Origin: a virus
Taxonomy: Duplodnaviria > Caudoviricetes
Length of the DNA: 41,431 bases
Direction: 5' to 3' (one strand)
IMG/VR virus record: IMGVR_UViG_3300033067_000158
Location: 1-41,431 of that record
A program made the translations under genes and the position numbers. The stretch's first letter is position 1. Each line of letters begins with the position of its first letter. Under the pieces are notes generated by a model, which saw nothing but the letters and a program-made list of their open reading frames with translations, had not been told where the DNA came from and ran no database searches. Shown here piece by piece: positions 18,223-24,899 of this stretch.

Positions 18223-18506
18223 TTCGGCAAATCCTTTTCATATGTGACAAAAGCATTTAACTTTTGTTCATCATTCCATGTTTTAACATAGTCATTATCT
18301 TCATTACAAAGTTTAATCACTTCATCTTTTGACATTACACGATGAGACAAGATAGTTTCACCAAGATAGAGTTGAGAGAACTCCTTAGCTTCCATCATAG
18401 TCACTGTGTCCAATGCATATTCAGGATGATCAATAGGAGCCTCTACAACATATCGCATACGGTATGAAGCTACACATTCAACCAATACTAACTTTGTTCT
18501 ACTCAT
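18219..18506 (-). CDS. hypothetical protein
   Basis: ATGA overlaps; start MSRTK. Confidence 0.75.
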   Translation of the reverse strand: MSRTKLVLVECVASYRMRYVVEAPIDHPEYALDTVTMMEAKEFSQLYLGETILSHRVMSKDEVIKLCNEDNDYVKTWNDEQKLNAFVTYEKDLPK

Positions 18507-19450
18507 ACTTCCACCACTTTCAATTGCCATGTTTTTGCACGAGGTTCATAGTTAATGTAGCCACGTGGGTTACATACCACTCGTGTTTCACCAACCATGT
18601 AGTCATAATCTTCATGAGTATGACCGTGAGTCCACAACTTGATGTTTGGCTTATCAGCAATCAATTCAGTCAAATCTGAATGGTAACCACCATTCATCAA
18701 TTGATCATGCTGATAACGAGGATGGCATGATTGATGTGAAGGAGTGTGATGTGTACATACAACATACTTCTTTGGATCTTCACCAAGGAATGCAGTTACA
18801 ACTTGCAAGTATTCGATGAACTTTTTGAATTCAACGACTGCATCTTCTGGACAAAACATTGAAGGTGTCTCAGTGAACTTGTAACCATCTTCGATATGGT
18901 AACCATTTGCATCTTGCAAATACTTCTTAGCTTGTGGGTCTTTACCAAAGTCTGGATTTTCTTTGTATAGTGGAACTTTACGAGTCACCATACGGTTGCT
19001 ATTAGACACACAACGGAAGTCATTCATCATTTGCTTGATGTGAAACAATGTAAGTGGATCTTCATTATTCATGTTAGTCCACATAGTACCACCAATGAAG
19101 GTGATGTCATCAATCACTTTAACTTCACGATCGAGAACATAAATGTTTTCATGATGAGCAAGTTGTGATTTGATATGTAATGCGGTGTACTTAAAGTCAA
19201 AGTTGTAGTGTTCATGATTACCAAGAACATACACTACATGCTTAAAGCTTTTACTGACTTGTTTGAAGAAGTCTTGATAGCGTTGTGATGTAGTATGTGA
19301 ACGAGTATCACCATACATTGAAGCTTCATAGCTTAAATCTTTTGCTGTACAGATGTCACCGCTTAAAACAAGTACATCTACATCACCTGGATTTTCGATC
19401 ACCAATGGACCAAATTCCAAATGAACGTCTGATGCAATACCGATTTTCAT
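18503..19450 (-). CDS. calcineurin-like metallophosphoesterase
   Basis: SDVHLE, LSGDI, GNHEHY, THH, HGHTH, NPRGY. Confidence 0.92.
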   Translation of the reverse strand: MKIGIASDVHLEFGPLVIENPGDVDVLVLSGDICTAKDLSYEASMYGDTRSHTTSQRYQDFFKQVSKSFKHVVYVLGNHEHYNFDFKYTALHIKSQLAHHENIYVLDREVKVIDDITFIGGTMWTNMNNEDPLTLFHIKQMMNDFRCVSNSNRMVTRKVPLYKENPDFGKDPQAKKYLQDANGYHIEDGYKFTETPSMFCPEDAVVEFKKFIEYLQVVTAFLGEDPKKYVVCTHHTPSHQSCHPRYQHDQLMNGGYHSDLTELIADKPNIKLWTHGHTHEDYDYMVGETRVVCNPRGYINYEPRAKTWQLKVVEV

Positions 19451-19476
19451 AATATTTTCCTTGATTAGATAGATCT

Positions 19477-19505
19477 ATTATAACACAGATTTAACCCGTT
19501 GTACA
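19477..19505 (-). promoter_or_regulatory. phage early-type promoter
   Basis: TGTACA acggg...TATAAT. Confidence 0.75.
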
Positions 19506-19513
19506 TAGTGACT

Positions 19514-19535
19514 AAAAAGGACCCGAAGGTCCTTT
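19514..19535 (-). terminator. terminator with UUCG loop
   Basis: AAAGGACC-TTCG-GGTCCTTTT on minus strand. Confidence 0.8.
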
Positions 19536-19536
19536 G

Positions 19537-20094
19537 TTAGTTTAGTACTCGTGAGTGCTTGGGCACACCGGTTTTTAAGTATTCCATTTGATCTGCTAGA
19601 ATCCCGCGATTCAACAGAATCATATGTTCGTAATGGTTAGGAGCGTATGGTACATACAGCAACTCTAGGCCAGCTTCTTTCAAAGTCTTGTCGCTCTTTA
19701 CAGAGTTACACTTCTTGCAAGAAGTTACAACGTTCATCCAAACATTCTGACCGCCACGTGACACAGGAGTGATATGATCACGGGAAAGGTTGTTAGCAGT
19801 AAAATGATTGCCACAGTACGCACAGACATGTCGATCTCTACCAAATAGGGTTTTGTTAGTCAAAACAACATTACCTAATTTCGCTGGATTGAACCCTTCA
19901 CCACCACGAATGGCAATGATAGATGGCGTTTCAAGAATAGATTCAGATCCATCCTTTTGCACACCACCTCTAAAGGTTGCTATCGTATCTCCAAGCGACC
20001 ATGCTACCTGATTTTTAGCTTGATAGAGTATCGCTTGTTCGAACGATAGCCATTGACGAGGAATTCCACCTACATCTAATGCTAATACATTCAT
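19537..20094 (-). CDS. HNH endonuclease (McrA-like)
   Basis: RDRHVCAYCG, DHITPVSRGG, NVVTSCKKCN. Confidence 0.9.
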   Translation of the reverse strand: MNVLALDVGGIPRQWLSFEQAILYQAKNQVAWSLGDTIATFRGGVQKDGSESILETPSIIAIRGGEGFNPAKLGNVVLTNKTLFGRDRHVCAYCGNHFTANNLSRDHITPVSRGGQNVWMNVVTSCKKCNSVKSDKTLKEAGLELLYVPYAPNHYEHMILLNRGILADQMEYLKTGVPKHSRVLN

Positions 20095-20123
20095 GTTATA
20101 CTCCGCTGTTGTTAATCTATATA

Positions 20124-20197
20124 TGGTGCTCTCAGTAGGTAACGCTCCTACTTCTCATCTATACCAAAGATGTGTACTGCTTCTATACTATGAGAGC
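20124..20197 (-). tRNA. tRNA-Thr(GGU), T loop AGCGUUA
   Basis: Cloverleaf, loop TTGGTAT, ACCA end. Confidence 0.85.
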
Positions 20198-20202
20198 ATT
20201 AT

Positions 20203-20278
20203 TGAATTCCACAGATGGACTCGAACCATCATCTCCATGCGCGCAAAGTCGGTGATCTACCCTTGATCTATGCAGAAA
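20203..20278 (-). pseudogene. degenerate tRNA-like element (possible UGC loop)
   Basis: Good D and T arms, broken anticodon stem, no CCA. Confidence 0.55.
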
Positions 20279-20280
20279 AC

Positions 20281-20354
20281 TGGTACCTCTTGACGGTAAC
20301 GCTCCGCCGTATCCCACTTGTAAGGAGGGTGTTCTACTTTTAAACTAAAGAGGC
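20281..20354 (-). tRNA. tRNA-Val(UAC), T loop AGCGUUA
   Basis: Loop CTTACAA, ACCA end. Confidence 0.8.
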
Positions 20355-20361
20355 ATAATCT

Positions 20362-20436
20362 TGGGGTGACTAACGGGTAACGATCCCGTGCTACAACTTT
20401 CACAGAGTTGGGTGCTTCCATTACACCATAGCCACC
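20362..20436 (-). tRNA. tRNA-His(GUG), T loop AUCGUUA
   Basis: G-1:C73, loop CTGTGAA. Confidence 0.88.
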
Positions 20437-20441
20437 ATAAT

Positions 20442-20547
20442 CATATAGCAACATACTGCCAATTATTTTAGACAATACTCAAGTCTAAACTATTTTTATC
20501 TGAAACGACTCGGAGTACGACTCCCAAGCTCAATATGTTGGTATATG
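20442..20547 (-). ncRNA. stem-closed small RNA cassette
   Basis: CATATACCAACATATTG / CAGTATGTTGCTATATG terminal stem, two inner hairpins. Confidence 0.55.
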
Positions 20548-20549
20548 CA

Positions 20550-20627
20550 AACTCATTGTAGACAGGATTCGAACCTGCATTAGACTCTTTAGCTGAGCCT
20601 TTTCTTACCATTAGAAGACTACGAGTT
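20550..20627 (-). ncRNA. tRNA-like element with AG-CUA-AA loop
   Basis: D arm, GGCTC/GAGTC anticodon stem, GCAGG-TTCGAAT-CCTGT T arm; bulged acceptor, no CCA. Confidence 0.6.
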
Positions 20628-20676
20628 CTTCGGAGTCATGACTTCCGAATATGGGCAGGTTAATTACTCCTGATTA

Positions 20677-20765
20677 CCATATAGAAACACACTAGCGCAT
20701 TGCCAAATTATGCTACTTCATTAGGGCTAGAATCGAACTAGCATTCTAATGTGTTTTTATATGGT
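20677..20765 (-). ncRNA. stem-closed cassette holding permuted tRNA elbow (T arm before D arm)
   Basis: CCATATAAAAACACATTAG / CTAGTGTGTTTCTATATGG; inside GCTAG-TTCGATT-CTAGC then TA-GCAT-AATTTGGCA-ATGC. Confidence 0.65.
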
Positions 20766-20837
20766 AGGGGCACAGAGAATCGAACTCTGATTACCTGGTT
20801 AAAAGCCAGATACTTTAGACCGTTAAGTTATACCCCC
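20762..20837 (-). tRNA. tRNA-Lys(UUU)
   Basis: Cloverleaf, loop CTTTTAA, ACCA. Confidence 0.9.
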
Positions 20838-20958
20838 GTTGATTTTCAGCTTTACGCATAGCCTTATTAGACTTACGATGCGATCCAGCTTTACGGAATA
20901 GGGCAGCTGCTACAAACTGATTGCGTTCGCGAACAACTGCCATCTGTTTTCGTTTCAT
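20815..20958 (-). CDS. small basic protein (47 aa) whose stop codon lies inside tRNA-Lys
   Basis: Hand translation MKRKQMAVVRERNQFVAAALFRKAGSHRKSNKAMRKAENQRGYNLTV; ATGA coupled to upstream ORF. Confidence 0.7.
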   Translation of the reverse strand: MKRKQMAVVRERNQFVAAALFRKAGSHRKSNKAMRKAENQRGYNLTV

Positions 20959-21185
20959 GATCTTTCTCTTTTTACTCTGCCAATACGGCTTGATTTATTC
21001 CAATCGTATGCGATACCATCTGGGCATTTGCCATCAGACACAGTATCAACACCGAATTTACCTACAACTTCAAAGTCACTACCCCTGATAGTTACAAAAT
21101 ACCCATAACCTTTAGCAAAGACCATAGCCTCATCTAAAGTTCGTGCTGAATATAATTCTTTGTTGTCTTCTAATACTTTATACAT
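20955..21185 (-). CDS. hypothetical protein
   Basis: 76 aa; EVVGKFGVDTV..GKCPDG..YDW. Confidence 0.7.
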   Translation of the reverse strand: MYKVLEDNKELYSARTLDEAMVFAKGYGYFVTIRGSDFEVVGKFGVDTVSDGKCPDGIAYDWNKSSRIGRVKRERS

Positions 21186-21213
21186 TCTTTAGAAATTCAC
21201 AGCAATTTAAATT

Positions 21214-21289
21214 TGGAGCGGGTAGCCAGTAACGATCTGGTCTACTCAAGTTTGGAAGACTCGTGTGTATCCATAAACACCTTACCCGC
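21214..21289 (-). tRNA. tRNA-Gly(UCC), T loop AUCGUUA
   Basis: GCGGGTA/TACCCGC, loop CTTCCAA, TCCA. Confidence 0.88.
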
Positions 21290-21358
21290 ATGGCCCCGTT
21301 TTTTTGTCATTTTAACTCAGGTGAACGGGAGTTCCTGAGATTAGTTGCAACCGAACTT

Positions 21359-21432
21359 TGGCATCCCGGCAGGGACTCGAACCCCGACCAACAATTTTGG
21401 AGATTGTCATGCTGCCATTACACTACCGAGAT
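21359..21432 (-). tRNA. tRNA-Trp(CCA)
   Basis: Loop CTCCAAA, GCCA. Confidence 0.9.
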
Positions 21433-21440
21433 ATATTAAG

Positions 21441-21697
21441 AGAGAAGGAATCAATTCCATTAAGCGGAAAGTCGCTGGGCAACCTGCAAGATGCAAATCA
21501 CAATAAGCAGGTCACAAAGTTTATACGTCCTAGGAGCAATAAGCAATCGACTTTCGTCTTTGGGTTATTCCTAAGAGCAACTACTATGAGTTGACCGGTT
21601 GTGCACGTTTGGGTTTTCAAGACCAAAAGTAGAATTGTTAATTCAGCTGTTGAGGCTAAATTGCGGCTTTCTCAATAACTTCCTATCATCCTTCTCA
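21441..21697 (-). ncRNA. ~255 nt multi-hairpin RNA downstream of coiled-coil gene
   Basis: GAGAAGGA/TCCTTCTC closing stem, about 7 internal hairpins, no minus-strand ORF in track. Confidence 0.5.
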
Positions 21698-21703
21698 AAA
21701 CTT

Positions 21704-22285
21704 TTACAAGATACCTTCGTCTTTCAGAAGTTCTACTTCACCTGTACTTAAGGTGATGTTTGTACCAACATTCAATGCTAGTAACTTATCCTGATGCGCT
21801 TGTTTTTCGCGCTTTAATTCTTTCATTTTAGCTTTTGCAATTGCAATCTCTGTTTCTGAGATTACGCTTGTCTCAACTGTATTGTAACGCTCGCCATAAA
21901 TCATTGAGCGATTATCAACAGTTGTATTAGCTTTCATCTTTTCGATGCGAGCTTGAATTTCAGTCAATGGCTTTGCTTCAGTAGCATTTGCCACAGTACC
22001 AACAATAGTCAACAGAGCATCAACTCGTTGAACTTCAGCCAATACATCAGAGATACCAACTTGAGCATTAGCTTTACCAACCAATGATCGGATATTGAAC
22101 AACACTGTGTTCAATGCTTCCTTACGCTTAATAGCATTAAGGAAATTGTCTTGTGCAAGTTGCAAACCTGCTGGGATGTCAGCAGTGTACTCAGTCACTG
22201 CAACAGTGGTTTCTAACTTAACTGCTGAGATTGCCTTACGGATTTCAGCTTGGATTGCGTTTGCTTTACGTAGATTTACTTGCAT
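21704..22285 (-). CDS. alpha-helical coiled-coil protein (DIP1984-like architecture, tentative)
   Basis: MQVNLRKANAIQAEI, ..GKANAQVG.., QDKLLALNVGTNITL; AAGGA SD. Confidence 0.8.
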   Translation of the reverse strand: MQVNLRKANAIQAEIRKAISAVKLETTVAVTEYTADIPAGLQLAQDNFLNAIKRKEALNTVLFNIRSLVGKANAQVGISDVLAEVQRVDALLTIVGTVANATEAKPLTEIQARIEKMKANTTVDNRSMIYGERYNTVETSVISETEIAIAKAKMKELKREKQAHQDKLLALNVGTNITLSTGEVELLKDEGIL

Positions 22286-22307
22286 TTCATATTTCCTTTA
22301 TATAGAC

Positions 22308-22336
22308 ATTATATCACAGTTTTAACTCGCTGGTGA
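22308..22336 (-). promoter_or_regulatory. promoter whose -35 overlaps the tRNA 3' end
   Basis: TCACCA gcgag...gtga TATAAT. Confidence 0.5.
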
Positions 22337-22405
22337 ACCAACTTGGAATTGAACCAAGACTCGGTGCATTATGAGTACACTGCTTTACCATTAAGCTATT
22401 GGTCC
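22331..22405 (-). tRNA. tRNA(CAU), probably Ile2
   Basis: Loop CTCATAA, ACCA; identity inferred because Met and fMet types occur elsewhere. Confidence 0.8.
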
Positions 22406-22406
22406 T

Positions 22407-22488
22407 TACATATTGAAGTACACTAGCTGCATTCCTTAGGAATCTCTATTGAAAGGGATCAACCCTCACCAATGCACTTTAATATGTA
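22407..22488 (-). ncRNA. stem-closed small RNA cassette
   Basis: TACATATTAAAGTGCATTGG / CTAGTGTACTTCAATATGTA. Confidence 0.6.
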
Positions 22489-23370
22489 GAGGGCTGAGAT
22501 TACACCCTCTGTGTTGAAGCTTCTAGCATTACCATACACCTTGCGAGCATATGTTCTCTAGACATCCACTAAATCCCTTGCGGTAATTTAGTACTTCAAC
22601 AGTATCGCCGTTTTGAAAGTCAGGCACTAGACTTGTCGTTGAATACTACTCTACACAACTCTTTACATTTACCTTGCGGGCAATTCACAGTCGCTAAACC
22701 ATTACGAAATTCATTGTACAAACTAACTTCACCTTGCGAGCTTAGTTAGACTCAATTGACTTTAACATCTTGAGTGTTAGATACCTTTCGCATTCAACCG
22801 GAGCAGTCTTTGCATTTTTGTTAAAGATAGGATTTGAACCTATAGCTTTCTGTTTAAAAGACAGACGATCTACCATTGATCTACTTTGAACCTACTATGA
22901 TGTGCTGCTCCTGTTGTTTCATACTCTTTTGGAATACAAAATACAACACACCATGTACCTTTTGCCTTGCGAGCTACTCAGTCGTATTTCACGATCGATG
23001 TCGGGGTCTCGGCTTTCGCGTACCCGCCATTAACCATTAATACTGCATCATACCCCTTAGCTGCAAAACTTCGGAATATAACACTACACTTTCTCATACC
23101 AATTGACAAGTTGGTTAGTTGTGAGCCACAGCACCACCTGTTAGTCTCTATCCACTTAGGTTCCTCTCGTCTTTCAACTCAAGCCTTTAAGCGAACATTC
23201 TTTCCACAACACTTGCTTCATTGTTATCTCCACCAGTCTTATTAGTGAAGAGACCCTCACGAGTCTGAGCATGCTTGTATAGGTGGACTATTACTAGCGC
23301 TGGTATGTAGGCATTCCAGCTTTGGGCATATCGCTATGCTTATCCTTTATCGATACTATACTACCGATTA
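22486..23370 (-). ncRNA. large structured ncRNA, GOLLD-like
   Basis: ~880 nt with no minus-strand ORF in track, own promoter, at least 5 C-GCAA-G capped hairpins, 3' hairpin AGAGGG-TGTAATCTCAG-CCCTCT, tRNA-array context. Confidence 0.7.
22820..22891 (-). tRNA. tRNA-Lys(UUU)-like domain embedded in the large ncRNA
   Basis: GATC-AATGGTA-GATC, TCTGT-CTTTTAA-ACAGA, ATAGG-TTCAAAT-CCTAT; bulged acceptor, no CCA. Confidence 0.7.
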
Positions 23371-23377
23371 TACTTCT

Positions 23378-23406
23378 ATTATAACACAACGAATGCTCGT
23401 TGTACA
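23378..23406 (-). promoter_or_regulatory. promoter of the large ncRNA
   Basis: TGTACA acgag...TATAAT. Confidence 0.75.
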
Positions 23407-23414
23407 CAATTATT

Positions 23415-23489
23415 TGGTGCGCCGTGATGGAATCGAACCACCATCTCTAAGTTCGTAGCCTAGGATATTCTCCATTATACTAACAGCGC
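23415..23489 (-). tRNA. tRNA-Arg(ACG)
   Basis: Loop CTACGAA, ACCA. Confidence 0.9.
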
Positions 23490-23542
23490 ATGGTGAGCTC
23501 AAGGACTTATGTCTACGTTAGTAGACGCCTTGTGCCCATAAG

Positions 23543-23618
23543 TGGTGCCGCCATCTGGTTACGCTCCAGACTCTATGGATTTTCAGTCCATCGCTTTCAC
23601 TAGATTAGCTTTAGCGGC
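23543..23618 (-). tRNA. tRNA-Phe(GAA), T loop AGCGUAA
   Basis: Loop CTGAAAA, ACCA. Confidence 0.85.
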
Positions 23619-23626
23619 ATAAAATT

Positions 23627-23710
23627 TGGTGGGCAAAGAGAGACTCGAACTCTCAATCCTTTCGGCGCTGGCTTCTAAGACCAGAGTGTATACCATTCCA
23701 CCACTTGCCC
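23627..23710 (-). tRNA. tRNA-Leu(UAG)
   Basis: Loop CTTAGAA, variable arm, ACCA. Confidence 0.9.
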
Positions 23711-23826
23711 AAATTAACATACTACTTATCTCATTATACTCCGCATGTTAGGGAGAGGCTTCTTACAATAGGCATCTAATGCTCGGCTTTCGCGGAACTC
23801 ATTAAACGTTATTCCTATCGTATTAT

Positions 23827-23902
23827 TGGTGCGGGCTACAGGGTTCGAACCTGCGACCTGTTCGTTGGCAACGAACTGCTCTACCAGCTGAGCTAAGCAC
23901 GC
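23827..23902 (-). tRNA. tRNA-Gly(GCC)
   Basis: Loop TTGCCAA; discriminator A rather than the usual U. Confidence 0.85.
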
Positions 23903-23903
23903 A

Positions 23904-24089
23904 TTATTCTTTTTCTTCCATTCGAGCTTTTGTTTCTGCAGCAAGACGTGCAAAGTACTCAGATTTCTCTTTTTCTTTTTTCTTACGTTCTTCAGAATGA
24001 TTAAAGATACGATCAACACCTTCAGCAAATGCTTGTGTACTTGCTTTAGTTTGTATTGAATCACCTGTAATATCGTTCTTAGCTACCAT
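23904..24089 (-). CDS. small hypothetical protein in tRNA array
   Basis: MVAKNDITGDSIQTK..DRIF; GGAG SD. Confidence 0.7.
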   Translation of the reverse strand: MVAKNDITGDSIQTKASTQAFAEGVDRIFNHSEERKKKEKEKSEYFARLAAETKARMEEKE

Positions 24090-24107
24090 CAAAACTCCAC
24101 AATGAAT

Positions 24108-24184
24108 TGGTCTCGGTACAAGGATTCGAACCTTGGACCCCCTCGTCCCAAACGAGGTGCGCTACCGGACTGCGCTACACCGAG
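24108..24184 (-). tRNA. tRNA-Pro(UGG)
   Basis: Loop TTTGGGA, ACCA. Confidence 0.92.
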
Positions 24185-24190
24185 ATTGAT

Positions 24191-24266
24191 TGGTGCCCCA
24201 GTCCGGAATCGAACCGACTTCTCCTGCTTACAAGACAGGACCTCATCCATTAAAGGTTTCAGGGGC
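24191..24266 (-). tRNA. tRNA-Thr(UGU)
   Basis: Loop CTTGTAA, ACCA; one acceptor mismatch. Confidence 0.8.
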
Positions 24267-24279
24267 ATAAATTATATAT

Positions 24280-24354
24280 TGGTGGTGATAGTTGGACTTG
24301 AACCAACAACCTATTCCGTATGAAGGAAGTGCACTGCCATTGTGCTATATCACC
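24280..24354 (-). tRNA. tRNA-Met(CAU)
   Basis: Loop TTCATAC, ACCA. Confidence 0.85.
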
Positions 24355-24359
24355 ATTGA

Positions 24360-24488
24360 CCATTTTAGAATCACACTCAATACATTCGTTAATGCTGGCA
24401 CAAAAACTTTTCGCTCCCTGCCAGGGGAACCGATAATCTAACCGCACACCTTGGCGGCAAACTACCGTTGAGAATGATTTTAAAATGG
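24360..24488 (-). ncRNA. stem-closed cassette with potential pseudoknot
   Basis: CCATTTTAAAATCATTCTCAA / TTGAGTGTGATTCTAAAATGG; loop CTGGCA complementary to downstream TGCCAG. Confidence 0.6.
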
Positions 24489-24571
24489 TGGATGTGACTT
24501 GAGTCGAACAAGTAGTGCCATAAGGCGGCGGATTTACAGTCCACTGGGGTTACCAATTTTCCTACACATCC
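24486..24571 (-). tRNA. tRNA-Tyr(GUA)
   Basis: Loop CTGTAAA, variable arm, ACCA. Confidence 0.88.
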
Positions 24572-24585
24572 ATTTTAAAATTTAA

Positions 24586-24796
24586 TTTGTAAGTTGTTTC
24601 ACCACGTTATTGAAACCATTCACCCATCAGTTATGTGCACAGGGAGGTCGGTACGTTACTTGAGATTCATCCAGTTGATACGCCATCGTGTATACTGATC
24701 TTCCGATCAGTCGGGGATCGAACCCGCTACCTTCTACTAACTCGGTCCTTCGAAGAAACCTTATTAGCGTGACTTCACTTGCTAACACTTACAAAA
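24586..24796 (-). ncRNA. ~210 nt structured RNA of unknown family
   Basis: TTTGTAAGT/ACTTACAAA closing stem, UUCG hairpin, T-loop-like GGG-TTCGATC-CCC, ACTGATC-GGAA-GATCAGT. Confidence 0.6.
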
Positions 24797-24798
24797 CT

Positions 24799-24892
24799 TG
24801 GCGGAAAGCAGAGGAGTCGAACCCCATCCGATTTTAGTCAGAACCTGGTTTTCAAGGCCAGTCGCAGGACCATCCCCGCTGCATTACTTTCC
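24799..24892 (-). tRNA. tRNA-Ser(UGA) with enlarged D arm
   Basis: Loop CTTGAAA, long variable arm, GCCA. Confidence 0.8.
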
Positions 24893-24899
24893 ATTATAG

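Noticed and set aside
19537-20094. HNH gene as a mobile homing element or RNA-guided nuclease
   Set aside because: It is a compact McrA-like HNH with no NUMOD, RuvC or flanking repeats; being adjacent to the RNA island is not evidence.
22486-23370. Group I/II intron or rRNA fragment
   Set aside because: It does not interrupt a gene and has its own promoter; I found no intron core or rRNA signature sequences.
24360-24488. HDV-like (theta) ribozyme at a tRNA 3' end
   Set aside because: I could not build the nested double pseudoknot starting at the tRNA end; kept only as an unassigned pseudoknot.
24799-24892. Selenocysteine tRNA
   Set aside because: The anticodon is UGA (reads UCA, Ser), not UCA, and the acceptor stem is 7 bp.
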